Source: Planctomycetota bacterium (lineage in GTDB: Bacteria; Planctomycetota; B15-G4; SIAN01). From it: 64,000 bases of DNA. Shown here one piece after another: positions 29,027 through 37,859 of the stretch. Location: the NCBI GenBank assembly GCA_031409275.1, contig JANNXA010000050.1, forward strand, positions 192,001 through 256,000. The letters run 5' to 3'. Within the stretch, counting starts at the first letter, position 1. Every line of letters begins with the position of its first letter. The position numbers and the translations under genes were made by a program. A model generated the notes under the pieces. That model worked only from the letters and a program-made list of their open reading frames with translations, was not told the origin of the DNA and made no database searches.

Positions 29027-30060
29027 AAGGCCCCGCGAAGAGCTACGACCTCTCCACGCCCGCGCCGCTCCCTCGCGAGTCGGCGCGCCGGCTCGAGACG
29101 CAGCGCGAGTCGCTTGCCGAGGAGATGCGCATCCACGTGCGCCGCCTCCTGCGGATCCGCACCGAGGTGTCGGTCGGCGCGGCCGACGTCGCGCGCGTGC
29201 GCCACTTCTCGGGATTCCACGACGGCAAGGCGTGGTGGTACAGCGGCGCCAGCAAAGCGGACCCGACCGCACGCACCGTGCTGCTCGGCTGCGCACCCGA
29301 CCTCGTCTATGCCGCGATCGACCGCCAGCTCGGCGGCCCCGGCCAGGCCAAGGCGACCGGCAAGGCGCCCACCACCATCGAGTTCGAGCTCGGGATGCGC
29401 TTCCTGCGCGATCTCTTCCTCGGTCTCTCGCGAGCGCTCGAACTGCCGCCGTTGGCGCTTTCGCTGACGCCGACGCGACCGCTGCCCGAGCCGCTCCTGA
29501 CCTTCATGCCCGACCTCGAAGAGCCGTTCGCCCGCATCCCGTGGAAGGTGAAGCTCTTCGATCAGGAGCACGAGCTCCTGCTTTGCGTCTCGCGCCGAAT
29601 CCTCGAAGCCGCCGAACCCAAGCCGACCGAGAACCAAGGCGGCGCCTCCGAGGTCGATGGCCCGATCGCGGTCACGCCGCTCGAACTCATCGTCGAGCTG
29701 GCGCGCTGCCGGCTCACGATCGACGAAGCCGCGGCGCTGGCGCCGGGCGATGTCGTCCTCTTCGAGCTGCCGCCGGGCGAACCGATCGACGTGCACATCC
29801 AGGGCAAGGCGCGCTTCCGCGCCAAGCTCGGCACCCACGAAGGCCGCTACGCCATCGAGGTCGCGCAAGTGCTGGAGCCGCTGGCGCCAAAGAATGCGGC
29901 GGTGGCTCCGACGCCACCCGCCGCCCCGGCGGCCCCGGTGGCCACGGCGACAGCGCCTGCCGCGAAGGCTGCCAGCGCCGGCGCGCCAGCGGGAGGCGGG
30001 GGCGGATCTGCGGGAACTCCGCGTCCAGCGGCGGCACGGCCAAAGCCGAAGAGTCCCTGA
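29023..30060 (+). CDS. fliM: Flagellar motor switch protein FliM (no N-terminal CheY-binding motif)
   Basis: YDL start, IDRQLGGPG, TTIE, C-terminal SpoA domain; ATGA overlap start. Confidence 0.85.
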   Translation: MKGPAKSYDLSTPAPLPRESARRLETQRESLAEEMRIHVRRLLRIRTEVSVGAADVARVRHFSGFHDGKAWWYSGASKADPTARTVLLGCAPDLVYAAIDRQLGGPGQAKATGKAPTTIEFELGMRFLRDLFLGLSRALELPPLALSLTPTRPLPEPLLTFMPDLEEPFARIPWKVKLFDQEHELLLCVSRRILEAAEPKPTENQGGASEVDGPIAVTPLELIVELARCRLTIDEAAALAPGDVVLFELPPGEPIDVHIQGKARFRAKLGTHEGRYAIEVAQVLEPLAPKNAAVAPTPPAAPAAPVATATAPAAKAASAGAPAGGGGGSAGTPRPAAARPKPKSP

Positions 30061-30061
30061 G

Positions 30062-30529
30062 ATGGCCGACAGCGACACTCCACCCACCGACGCGAGCGCC
30101 GCACCCGGCAGCGAATCGGGCGCCGGCACGGCGAGCGTCGCACCGGCGCAGGACGAGCCGGTCGAGCCGCAGGAACCGTCTCTCGCGTCGATCGACGTCT
30201 CGAGCCTGGGCGACGAGCCGTCGAGTGCGGCCGCGCAGGTCGCGCTTCCGGAATTCGGCACCAGCCACCCGAGCACTGGCCAGAAGCACCTCGGCATGCT
30301 GCTCGATGTCGGCGTCGAGGTCGCCGCCGTGGTCGGGACGCGCGAGCTCAAGCTCGAGCAGGTGCTCGCGATCCAGCCGGGCACGATCATCGACCTCGAC
30401 AAGCACGCCGGTCAGCCGATCGAGCTCTACGTGAACGGCAAGCCGATCGCGCTTGCCGAGATCGTCGTCGTCGACGGCCGACTCGGCGCTCGCGTCGTCG
30501 AATCGCTCAGCGCCCGCAAGCCGCGCTGA
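30062..30529 (+). CDS. fliN: Flagellar motor switch protein FliN
   Basis: LLDVGVEV...IIDLDKHAGQPIELYVNGK..A.AEIVVV; start 30062. Confidence 0.92.
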   Translation: MADSDTPPTDASAAPGSESGAGTASVAPAQDEPVEPQEPSLASIDVSSLGDEPSSAAAQVALPEFGTSHPSTGQKHLGMLLDVGVEVAAVVGTRELKLEQVLAIQPGTIIDLDKHAGQPIELYVNGKPIALAEIVVVDGRLGARVVESLSARKPR

Positions 30530-30544
30530 GCGTCGGCGCCGCGC

Positions 30545-31960
30545 TCAGCGCACGGCGCGGTCGATCGGCTGGTCCTTCGTCTCCGGCAACAGCGCTCCAC
30601 CCACGACCAGCGACATCAGGCAGACGGCGATCGGATAGGCGAGCCCAGCGTAGGCCGCGTTGTCGCCGAACCGCTCGCGCACCCAAGGCGACGTCGTCAG
30701 CGCGGTCGCAATCAACGGCAGGAAACCGCCGAACCAGCCGTTGCCGAGGTGATAGGGCAGCGACATCGAGGTGTAGCGGATCGACGTCGGGAACAACTCG
30801 ACGAGGAACGCGGCGATCGGCCCATAGACCATCGCCACCCACACCATCTGCAGCGCCACCAGCAGGATCATCCCGACCACGTTCGCCACCGGCAGCGACT
30901 CGACGTTGCCGGTGAAGTCAGGATTCGCCAGCGCCGTCAGCGCGCGATAGATCGGCAGGTAGCTCAGCGCGGCGAGCGCCATGCCGGCCAGCATCACCTT
31001 CTTGCGGCCGACCTTGTCCGACCAGCCGCCGAAGACGAGGAAGAGCGGCGTGCCGAGCAGCAGCGCACCCGCCACCACTCCGTAGGCGAGTTGCCAGGAG
31101 AGGTGCAGCGTCGCCTGCAGGAACGTGAGCGCATAGAACTGCCCGGTGTACCAGACGACGCCCTGCCCGGCGGTCGCGCCGAACAGCGCCACCAGCACGT
31201 AACGCAGGTTGACCGGGTTGGCGAAGCTCTCCTTCAGCGGATTGGCGACCACGCGCCCTTCGAGCTTGAGCTTCGCGAAGAGCGGCGATTCGCGCATCCG
31301 CAGCCGGATCCACAGCGACAGCGCCAGCAGCACGAACGAGACCAGGAACGGCAGTCTCCAGCCGAACTGAGCGAAGCGCTCCGGCCCGCACCACGCGCGC
31401 GTCGCGCCGATCACTCCGAGCGAGAGGAAGAAGCCGAGCGTCGCGGTGGTCTGGATGAAGCTCGTGTACCAGCCGCGCCGAGCGTCGGGCACGTGCTCGG
31501 CCACGTAGGTGGCGGCGCCGCCGTATTCGCCGCCGAGCGCGAGTCCCTGCACGAGGCGCAGCGTCACCAAGGCGATCGGCGCGAAGAGGCCGGCGTCGGC
31601 GTAGGTCGGCAGGACGCCGATCAGCGCGGTGGCAAGCCCCATCGTCACGATCGTGACGAGGAAGGTGTACTTGCGGCCGATGCGGTCGCCGATGCGACCG
31701 AAGACCAGCGCGCCGAGCGGCCGCACGCCGAAGCCGGCGCCGAAGGTGGCGAGGCTCGCGAGCAATGCCGTCCGCTCATTGCCGGCCGGGAAGAAGAGAC
31801 CGCCGAAGAAGACCGCGAGCGATCCGTACAGATAGAAGTCGTACCACTCGAAGAGCGTCCCAAGGCTCGACGCGAGGATGACGCGGCGAATGCCGGCCGC
31901 GTCGAGTGCGGGCGAACCGGGACGCTCGACGGCAGCGGCTGAGGCGACGGGTTGAACCAT
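30545..31960 (-). CDS. MFS transporter, metabolite:H+ symporter (MHS) family
   Basis: GTLFEWYDFY, GGEYGGA, VELFPTSIRYT. Confidence 0.9.
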   Translation of the reverse strand: MVQPVASAAAVERPGSPALDAAGIRRVILASSLGTLFEWYDFYLYGSLAVFFGGLFFPAGNERTALLASLATFGAGFGVRPLGALVFGRIGDRIGRKYTFLVTIVTMGLATALIGVLPTYADAGLFAPIALVTLRLVQGLALGGEYGGAATYVAEHVPDARRGWYTSFIQTTATLGFFLSLGVIGATRAWCGPERFAQFGWRLPFLVSFVLLALSLWIRLRMRESPLFAKLKLEGRVVANPLKESFANPVNLRYVLVALFGATAGQGVVWYTGQFYALTFLQATLHLSWQLAYGVVAGALLLGTPLFLVFGGWSDKVGRKKVMLAGMALAALSYLPIYRALTALANPDFTGNVESLPVANVVGMILLVALQMVWVAMVYGPIAAFLVELFPTSIRYTSMSLPYHLGNGWFGGFLPLIATALTTSPWVRERFGDNAAYAGLAYPIAVCLMSLVVGGALLPETKDQPIDRAVR

Positions 31961-32053
31961 CGCGGGAGCTTAGCCCGCCTGATTCATGAGCCCCTGCTGC
32001 GGCTCGGTCGGTCGCCGCAGCCCGTTCGCGCGCCCGCTCACCCGGCGCGGCGC

Positions 32054-32683
32054 TCAGGCCAGCAACTTGTCCTGCAACGACGAGTGGATCAGCAGGAGGC
32101 AGCCCTCCTCCGTCCACTGTTTGCCGTGCCGCGAATCACCCTCCACGCGCTCGAAATCACCGCCGCGCATGACGCGCTGCTCGTGATGCAGGTCGCCAGA
32201 GAGGACGAAGCACTCCTCGAAGCCGCCGTGGCGATGAGCCGGATAGCTCGCGCCTGGCTCCATGCGCACCAGCAGCGTCGCGCGCGCCTGCGCCACGTCG
32301 ACATGGAGCCGCTTGACGAAGACTCCGGGCCAACCGATCGCCTCGAACTCGCCGCCGTCGTGCCGGATCAGCGACGGGCCAACCCCCGCGCCCCACTTCT
32401 GCCACGGCTGGACCGATTCCGCCGAGCTCCCGGTCACCGGGATCTCGGCGCGGGCGCGCGCCAGCAAGCGCTCGCGCAGTTCCGGTCGCGGCAATGACGG
32501 CGGCGACGCCAACGCCAGCTCGCCGAGGAAGTGCTGCGCCGCGCGCAACGCCTCCAGCTCGGGTGCCCCCGCCGTCGCGAGCTCGCGCTCGAAAGCGATG
32601 CGCTGCTCGTCCTCGAGCGCACCGAGCACGTACTGCTCCGCACGCCAGCGGAGCTGTTCTTGCTGATTCATGGGCTCGCTCAT
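32054..32683 (-). CDS. Anti-sigma factor with ChrR-like cupin domain
   Basis: YVLGALEDEQRIAFE anti-sigma helix; PAHRHGGFEECFVLSG cupin; overlaps sigma stop. Confidence 0.82.
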   Translation of the reverse strand: MSEPMNQQEQLRWRAEQYVLGALEDEQRIAFERELATAGAPELEALRAAQHFLGELALASPPSLPRPELRERLLARARAEIPVTGSSAESVQPWQKWGAGVGPSLIRHDGGEFEAIGWPGVFVKRLHVDVAQARATLLVRMEPGASYPAHRHGGFEECFVLSGDLHHEQRVMRGGDFERVEGDSRHGKQWTEEGCLLLIHSSLQDKLLA

Positions 32684-33309
32684 GCGGAAGCCTCCAGCGC
32701 CTGGAGGTGTTCGCGCAACCGCAGCAGGCCGGTGCGGATGCGCGTCTTGATCGTTCCCAGCGGCTGACGCAGATGCGTCGCCGCTTCCGTGTGGCTCATG
32801 CCGAGGAAGAAAGCACAGTGCACCGCCTCGCGCTGCTCTTCGGGCAGGCAGGAGAGCGCGGCAACGATGCGTTCGCGGCGCTCCGTGAACCAGGCGAAGT
32901 CGGCCGGCGCCGCCGCCGTGGTCGCCCGATCGGCCGCCGCGTCGAGCGCGGTTTCGCGCCGCCGCAGCGCGCCGCCTGCCTGGCGCAGCCGATCGATGGC
33001 GCGCGACCGCGCCATGTTGAGCAGCCAGCCGAGCGCGTTGCCGCGCGCACCGTCGAAACGCTTCGCCTCTCGCCAAGCCTGAGCGTAGGCGTCGAGCGTC
33101 GCCTCTTCAGCGCCGCCGTGATCGCGCACCACCTGCAACGTGAGCCCGAAGACGAGCGCACGCGTCGAGTCGTAGAGCGCCGCCAACGCCGCCTGTTCGC
33201 CGGCCGCCATGCGGGCGACGAGCGAGGCGAGGTCGGGCGGCGGAGTCGAAGCGCGTGCGGCCAAATCGAGCACTCGAGGCGAGGGCGGCGAGCGAGCGTT
33301 GGAGCGCAT
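32680..33309 (-). CDS. ECF sigma-70 factor (SigK-like)
   Basis: ALAALYD, WLLNMARSRAIDRLR, PLGTIKTRIRTGL; start moved to ATG 33309. Confidence 0.9.
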   Translation of the reverse strand: MRSNARSPPSPRVLDLAARASTPPPDLASLVARMAAGEQAALAALYDSTRALVFGLTLQVVRDHGGAEEATLDAYAQAWREAKRFDGARGNALGWLLNMARSRAIDRLRQAGGALRRRETALDAAADRATTAAAPADFAWFTERRERIVAALSCLPEEQREAVHCAFFLGMSHTEAATHLRQPLGTIKTRIRTGLLRLREHLQALEASA

Positions 33310-33316
33310 GCCTACC

Positions 33317-33343
33317 TTCGACGGCGGAGGAGCGCAAGGGTCG
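33317..33343 (-). promoter_or_regulatory. Putative ECF autoregulatory promoter
   Basis: CGACCC-N17-CGAA, 7 nt before sigma ATG. Confidence 0.4.
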
Positions 33344-33398
33344 CGCCACACCGCCCCGCAGGACGACTCTCGCACGTGCTTGCGCGAGGGCAGTTCCA

Positions 33399-34226
33399 TC
33401 AACGCGCAGCCGCGCCGCCCGTCACGGACGCCATCCCGGGCACTTCGAAGGTCAGCGAAGCCCAGAAGCTCTCCCAGTCGAGCCGCGTCTCCGCGGGCGC
33501 CGGCGCCATGTGGACGCACTTCACCAGCCAGAAACCGCCGTGCGGAAGCGCCAGCTCCACGCGACCGTGCTCATCGCTGCACGCCGTGATGGGCGCATCG
33601 CGATGGTCACGTTCGAGCGCGACGACGTTCACGCCCGCGAGCGGCGTCTGCCGCCACTGCACCGTCAGCGCGAGCTTCCCTCCCGCGGCGAGCGGTGCCA
33701 GATCGCCCAGGGCCACCAGCTCGAGCGGCAGCCCGACGGCGCGATCGAGCAACGGCGCACCGGGCGTACGCACCAGGGCCTTGGCGCAGCGGGTGTACTG
33801 TTCGAGCCCCATCTTCTGCGACTCGCCGCGCTGCGCACGCTGTGCGACGATCGCGTCGAGCCCCTCTTCCTTCAGGTAGCGCTCGAACTCCGGAGCGCGC
33901 AGGAAGAGGCGCGCCGGCTCGCTTTCGAAAACCAGCGTCGTGGTTCCTTCGGCGCGCACGACGAATCGGCCCAGCGGATCGCTGCCCGGCTCGCCACCCA
34001 CGGCCTGCTCGCCTTGCGCGTCCAGCGCGACGAACCGGCGGATCCGACGCGGATCGCGCGTCACGCGATCACCTTGAAAGGCGACGCCGACCGTCGCCGT
34101 GACGGCCACTTCACTGCCGACGGGCGTGCTCGACGTCGCCGCCTCGAGCCACCAGTCATGCGCCGAGGCGCGCGACGTGACGATCGCCGACAGCAGCAGC
34201 AGTGCAGTCAATGCGCGAAAGATCAT
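33399..34226 (-). CDS. DUF4198 family secreted protein
   Basis: Signal peptide ending ASA-HDWW, YTRCAKALV, WESFWASLTF. Confidence 0.82.
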   Translation of the reverse strand: MIFRALTALLLLSAIVTSRASAHDWWLEAATSSTPVGSEVAVTATVGVAFQGDRVTRDPRRIRRFVALDAQGEQAVGGEPGSDPLGRFVVRAEGTTTLVFESEPARLFLRAPEFERYLKEEGLDAIVAQRAQRGESQKMGLEQYTRCAKALVRTPGAPLLDRAVGLPLELVALGDLAPLAAGGKLALTVQWRQTPLAGVNVVALERDHRDAPITACSDEHGRVELALPHGGFWLVKCVHMAPAPAETRLDWESFWASLTFEVPGMASVTGGAAAR

Positions 34227-34333
34227 GGTCGGTCTCTCCATGCGAAACGAGAACACCGGCTCCGTCCGCGCGCCACGCGCGTCCCCCGTGCGCGACGCAC
34301 GGAACGGAGCCGGCCATCAAACGAGGGCAGAAA

Positions 34334-35773
34334 TCAGGAGTTGGGAGCGCCCGGGTGCGGCAGGTTCACGTACGGGAAGGCGTCGAGGAACTGCGTGGAG
34401 TCGACGTAGGCACCGTCCGTGTAGGGCAGCTGGCCGTCCGGCGCATCGGTCGCGTTCAGCAGCACGCCCATCACCGCCCGCAGCGAGATGTCGACGACGT
34501 CATCACCGAGGCGACGGCCGTTGGGGTAGCCGGCGAGATCGCCGCCGACCACTCCGAGGTTGTTCTGCAGCGCCTTGGGCGTCGCGGGGATCGAGGTGTT
34601 GAGCCGCAGCATCTCGCCGACGCCGCCATTGCTGTTCACGCCCGTGACCCCGGTGACGAAGATCGAGACCAGATCGCTGCGCGGGAAGAGGTTCGGCGCG
34701 CGGACGCCGAAGAGCGCTTCGAGCAGCTCGGGCAGGACCGGGTTCGTCACGTAGTCGAGGAACTGCGCGTCGTCCTTCGGCTCGCTCGCGTTGAACTTGT
34801 CCTTGTCCTTCACGCCGATGACCAGCTCGTTCACGAGCGGGCTCGACAGGCGGGAGACCTGCATCCACTTGCCCTTGCGGCCTTCCGGCTCGGCGAAGGT
34901 GGGCTTGTCCTTGAGCTTGCCTTCCTGGCGCAGCGACGCGGTGGTCCACGCGCCGATCGTCGTGCCGCGACCGCCGGTGAGGTACTTCGCCGGGATCTCG
35001 AGGATCAGCGAGGTGACGTTGTCATCCGCGATGATGTCCTCGGCGCCATCGACCGCACCGAGCGGATCGAGGTTGAACAGGTCGAATGCCTCGCCGAGGT
35101 TGACCACGAACGGATCGTCGCGCTGGCCGACGAACATGCGGCCGATCGAGCCATCCGGAAGCTGGATGTCGTAGGTGCGCGCGGCCGCGTAGCTGGCGTA
35201 GTCGGGAATCGACTTGGTGCCGATGTTGTCGACCGGCTTCTCGAACGTCGCCGAGCCGGACTTCGCGTTGAGGACGGACTTGCTCGGTCCGGTGCGACGC
35301 GCGCCTTCGATCACGTTCAGCGAATAGGTCTCGCCGACGTTGAGGCCGGCAGTGTTGCTGGCATCGATGGGCGCAAAATTGATCAGCGGGATCGAGATCG
35401 ACTTCTCCTGGCCCGGCGGGCCGACCGGCAGCGCGACGTCCTTCAAGTTGTTGGAGAAGCGGAAGGAGAAGGTCAGGTCCTCCACCGCGTCGCCGTTGTT
35501 GTCGACGTGGATCTCGTAGAGGGCGTTGGGATCGAGCGAGAAGTAGTTGGGACCGCCGTAGGCCGCCTGCAGCGGCAGGTAGTTGGCGATCAGAGTCACG
35601 TAGCCGTCGCGACCCGGCTCGTAGCTGTTGAACATGTAGAAGTCGGTGGCGTCGACCTTCGGCGTCTCCGTGACGAAAGGTGCTTCGCGGTGGCTCGACG
35701 GCGCAGGCAGAGCCAGCGCCGCGAGCAACGCGAGGCCGCCAGCTCCGGCGGCTCCATGACGGACGGTGATCAT
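34334..35773 (-). CDS. DUF4331 family secreted protein
   Basis: SSHREAP after signal, GQRDDPF, YPNGRRLGDDVVDI. Confidence 0.9.
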   Translation of the reverse strand: MITVRHGAAGAGGLALLAALALPAPSSHREAPFVTETPKVDATDFYMFNSYEPGRDGYVTLIANYLPLQAAYGGPNYFSLDPNALYEIHVDNNGDAVEDLTFSFRFSNNLKDVALPVGPPGQEKSISIPLINFAPIDASNTAGLNVGETYSLNVIEGARRTGPSKSVLNAKSGSATFEKPVDNIGTKSIPDYASYAAARTYDIQLPDGSIGRMFVGQRDDPFVVNLGEAFDLFNLDPLGAVDGAEDIIADDNVTSLILEIPAKYLTGGRGTTIGAWTTASLRQEGKLKDKPTFAEPEGRKGKWMQVSRLSSPLVNELVIGVKDKDKFNASEPKDDAQFLDYVTNPVLPELLEALFGVRAPNLFPRSDLVSIFVTGVTGVNSNGGVGEMLRLNTSIPATPKALQNNLGVVGGDLAGYPNGRRLGDDVVDISLRAVMGVLLNATDAPDGQLPYTDGAYVDSTQFLDAFPYVNLPHPGAPNS

Positions 35774-35927
35774 CGTGCGTACCTCGTTGCAGGGGCGATG
35801 CGCCGTGCGATTCACAGGCGCGCCGCCACCAACGCTCGAATCACCCGGGGGGACCCTCCGCACGGAGGTGGTCCAAGCCGCCGCCGAAGCGGCCGATCGG
35901 ACACTCAGGCAGCTCGAATGCCCGCTC

Positions 35928-35954
35928 TACGGACCGACCCGCTCGACCAGATGG
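35928..35954 (-). promoter_or_regulatory. Putative ECF promoter of the DUF4331 operon
   Basis: CCATCT-N17-CGTA. Confidence 0.4.
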
Positions 35955-36141
35955 CGCCGCTCCGGTGAGCCTGCGCGGCGCGCAGCTCACCTCTCGGGTC
36001 GTGGAGCCGACGAGCGGCACATGGCGCCACTCGCGGCTCAAGCGGTGCCACCGGGGTCAAGCGCTCAAGAGAACCGCGTTGCCCCGATGCGAGCACCCGC
36101 TCTCCCCAGCGCGAGTCGCCCCACCCGAAGCGAATCCGGAG

Positions 36142-36364
36142 GCGGCGCCGCGCCGCGGGGTCAGCTGCTAGGAGGAGCGCCCGAAGCTGTGTCCGAAAGG
36201 ACACTGCGATGGGCGCTCCGACAACGCAGATGACCCTGCGCCGCAAGCCGCCAAGCGGCGCAGCGCCGGTGGGTCAGTTGCGAGGAGGGGCGTCCCGAAG
36301 CTGTGTCCGCAGGACACTGCGATGGGCGCCCCGACGAAGCAGATGACCCGCCGCCGCAAGCCGC
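36142..36364. repeat. Two tandem ~110-bp imperfect nested palindromes (REP-like or structured RNA)
   Basis: Units 36142-36251 and 36255-36364 share CCGAAGCTGTGTCC..GGACACTGCGATGGGCGC; nested stems with compensatory changes. Confidence 0.85.
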
Positions 36365-36365
36365 A

Positions 36366-37841
36366 CTAGAGGATTTGGGTCAGGCTCGGGAGATTCGCAA
36401 TCCTGCCGCTGATGGCGACACCGGCCTGCAGCACCAGGTCGGCCTGATTGAGCTCGATCGTCGCTTGGGCGAAGTCGACATCCTCGAGGCTCGACTGGTT
36501 CTGCGCCAACAGGAGGTCGAGTTCATCCGCGCGCGAGCGCGTGGTGTCGGCGAGCCGCAAGCGCGCGCCAAAGCTCGACAACGTGGCCAGGAGCGTGTCC
36601 TCGCCGCGACCGAGTTCCGAGATCGTGCCGCGAATGCGATCGAGCTGGATGTCGAGCGGTTCGTCGTCGACGTTGTTCAGGCTGTCGCGCAGCTCGATCA
36701 GCGACGAGAAGAGGTCGTAAGCACCCGCGAAGCGCAGGACGTCCGCGCCCGCGCGCTCGACCCCGCGCATGTCGACGAAGATGCTGCCGCCCGTCTCCGA
36801 GTCGACGACGAGCTGGTTGGCGGCAGTGAAATCGATGGCGCTGCGGGTCAGTCCGCCGTCGAGCGACACGGTGCCGGTCGCCTCGGCGGCGACGTTCCCG
36901 TTGAAGCCGGCCGCGATGGCGGCGAAGTCCAGATGGACGATCGTGCCGTCGGCGGCGGTGACGGCCAGATCGCGGTCGGCCGCCGTCCAGCTGATCGGCG
37001 GGCCGCCGTTCAGCGAGACCGTTCCCGCGGCTCCGCTACCGCTGGTGTCGACGAGCGCGAGCGACCAGACGCCGGCCGGTCCGAGCAGCGTGTCGTCCGC
37101 CGCCGACGAGGCGCCGAGCGCGAGGCCCGACACCGAGTCGCCGCCGCCCGCGAGCGCGCCATCTCCCAGCGTGGTGGCCAGATGCGCGAGGGTGAGACGA
37201 TCCGTGCCGCGCGCGCTGTCGTTGCCCGCGCCCGCCGCCGCACCGGTGATGCTCGAGTACGTCGTCGTGCCGCGCGCGCCGATCCCGAAGATCGACGAGC
37301 CGGGGATGTTGAGCTCGAGTTCGAGCGAGTCGCCGAGATCGACCGACGAGGTTGCGCCGTCGCCGCGATAGACGACCACCGTGCCATCCGCAGTCTCGAC
37401 CTCCTCGAACGGCGCCGAGTTGCGCAGCCCGCCCCCGAAGAGGTGGCCCGACAAGCCGCGGCTATTGGCGAGGCTCACCAACTGCTTCAGGAGGCCATCG
37501 ACTTCGATCGCGAGTCCGTTGCGGTCGCTCTGGTTCAGCGTGCCGTTGGCGCCGGAGACGGCGATCTCCTGTGCGCGCGAGACGATGTCGGACGCGTTGC
37601 GCAGGATCCCTTCGGCGGTGCCGAGCTCGCTGCTGGCGAGTTCCGCATTCTTCTTCACTTGCTCGAGTTGGCGACGGCCGGCGCGCGCGTCGAGCGCAGG
37701 GCGGATCGACGACGGATCGTCGGACGGCTTGAGCAGCCGTCTCCCGCTCGAGAGCTGCGCCTGCACGTCGAACATCCGCAAGTACGCCGCCGTGAGCGCG
37801 TCCGCCTGATGGCGATAGAGGAGCGACTGGGTGATGCGCAT
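36366..37841 (-). CDS. flgL: Hook-associated protein 3 FlgL
   Basis: MRITQ, QLSSGRRLLKPSDDP, SSLEDVDFAQA. Confidence 0.92.
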   Translation of the reverse strand: MRITQSLLYRHQADALTAAYLRMFDVQAQLSSGRRLLKPSDDPSSIRPALDARAGRRQLEQVKKNAELASSELGTAEGILRNASDIVSRAQEIAVSGANGTLNQSDRNGLAIEVDGLLKQLVSLANSRGLSGHLFGGGLRNSAPFEEVETADGTVVVYRGDGATSSVDLGDSLELELNIPGSSIFGIGARGTTTYSSITGAAAGAGNDSARGTDRLTLAHLATTLGDGALAGGGDSVSGLALGASSAADDTLLGPAGVWSLALVDTSGSGAAGTVSLNGGPPISWTAADRDLAVTAADGTIVHLDFAAIAAGFNGNVAAEATGTVSLDGGLTRSAIDFTAANQLVVDSETGGSIFVDMRGVERAGADVLRFAGAYDLFSSLIELRDSLNNVDDEPLDIQLDRIRGTISELGRGEDTLLATLSSFGARLRLADTTRSRADELDLLLAQNQSSLEDVDFAQATIELNQADLVLQAGVAISGRIANLPSLTQIL

Positions 37842-37859
37842 CGATCCGCTCCGAAGGGC

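Noticed and set aside
35851..35874. Hairpin in the DUF4331 leader
   Set aside because: Single GC-rich stem with no covariation evidence or recognisable RNA family.
36142..36364. Repeat pair as a CRISPR array or c-di-GMP riboswitch
   Set aside because: Only two long units, no unique spacers, no cas genes; conserved c-di-GMP-I/II core sequences not found.
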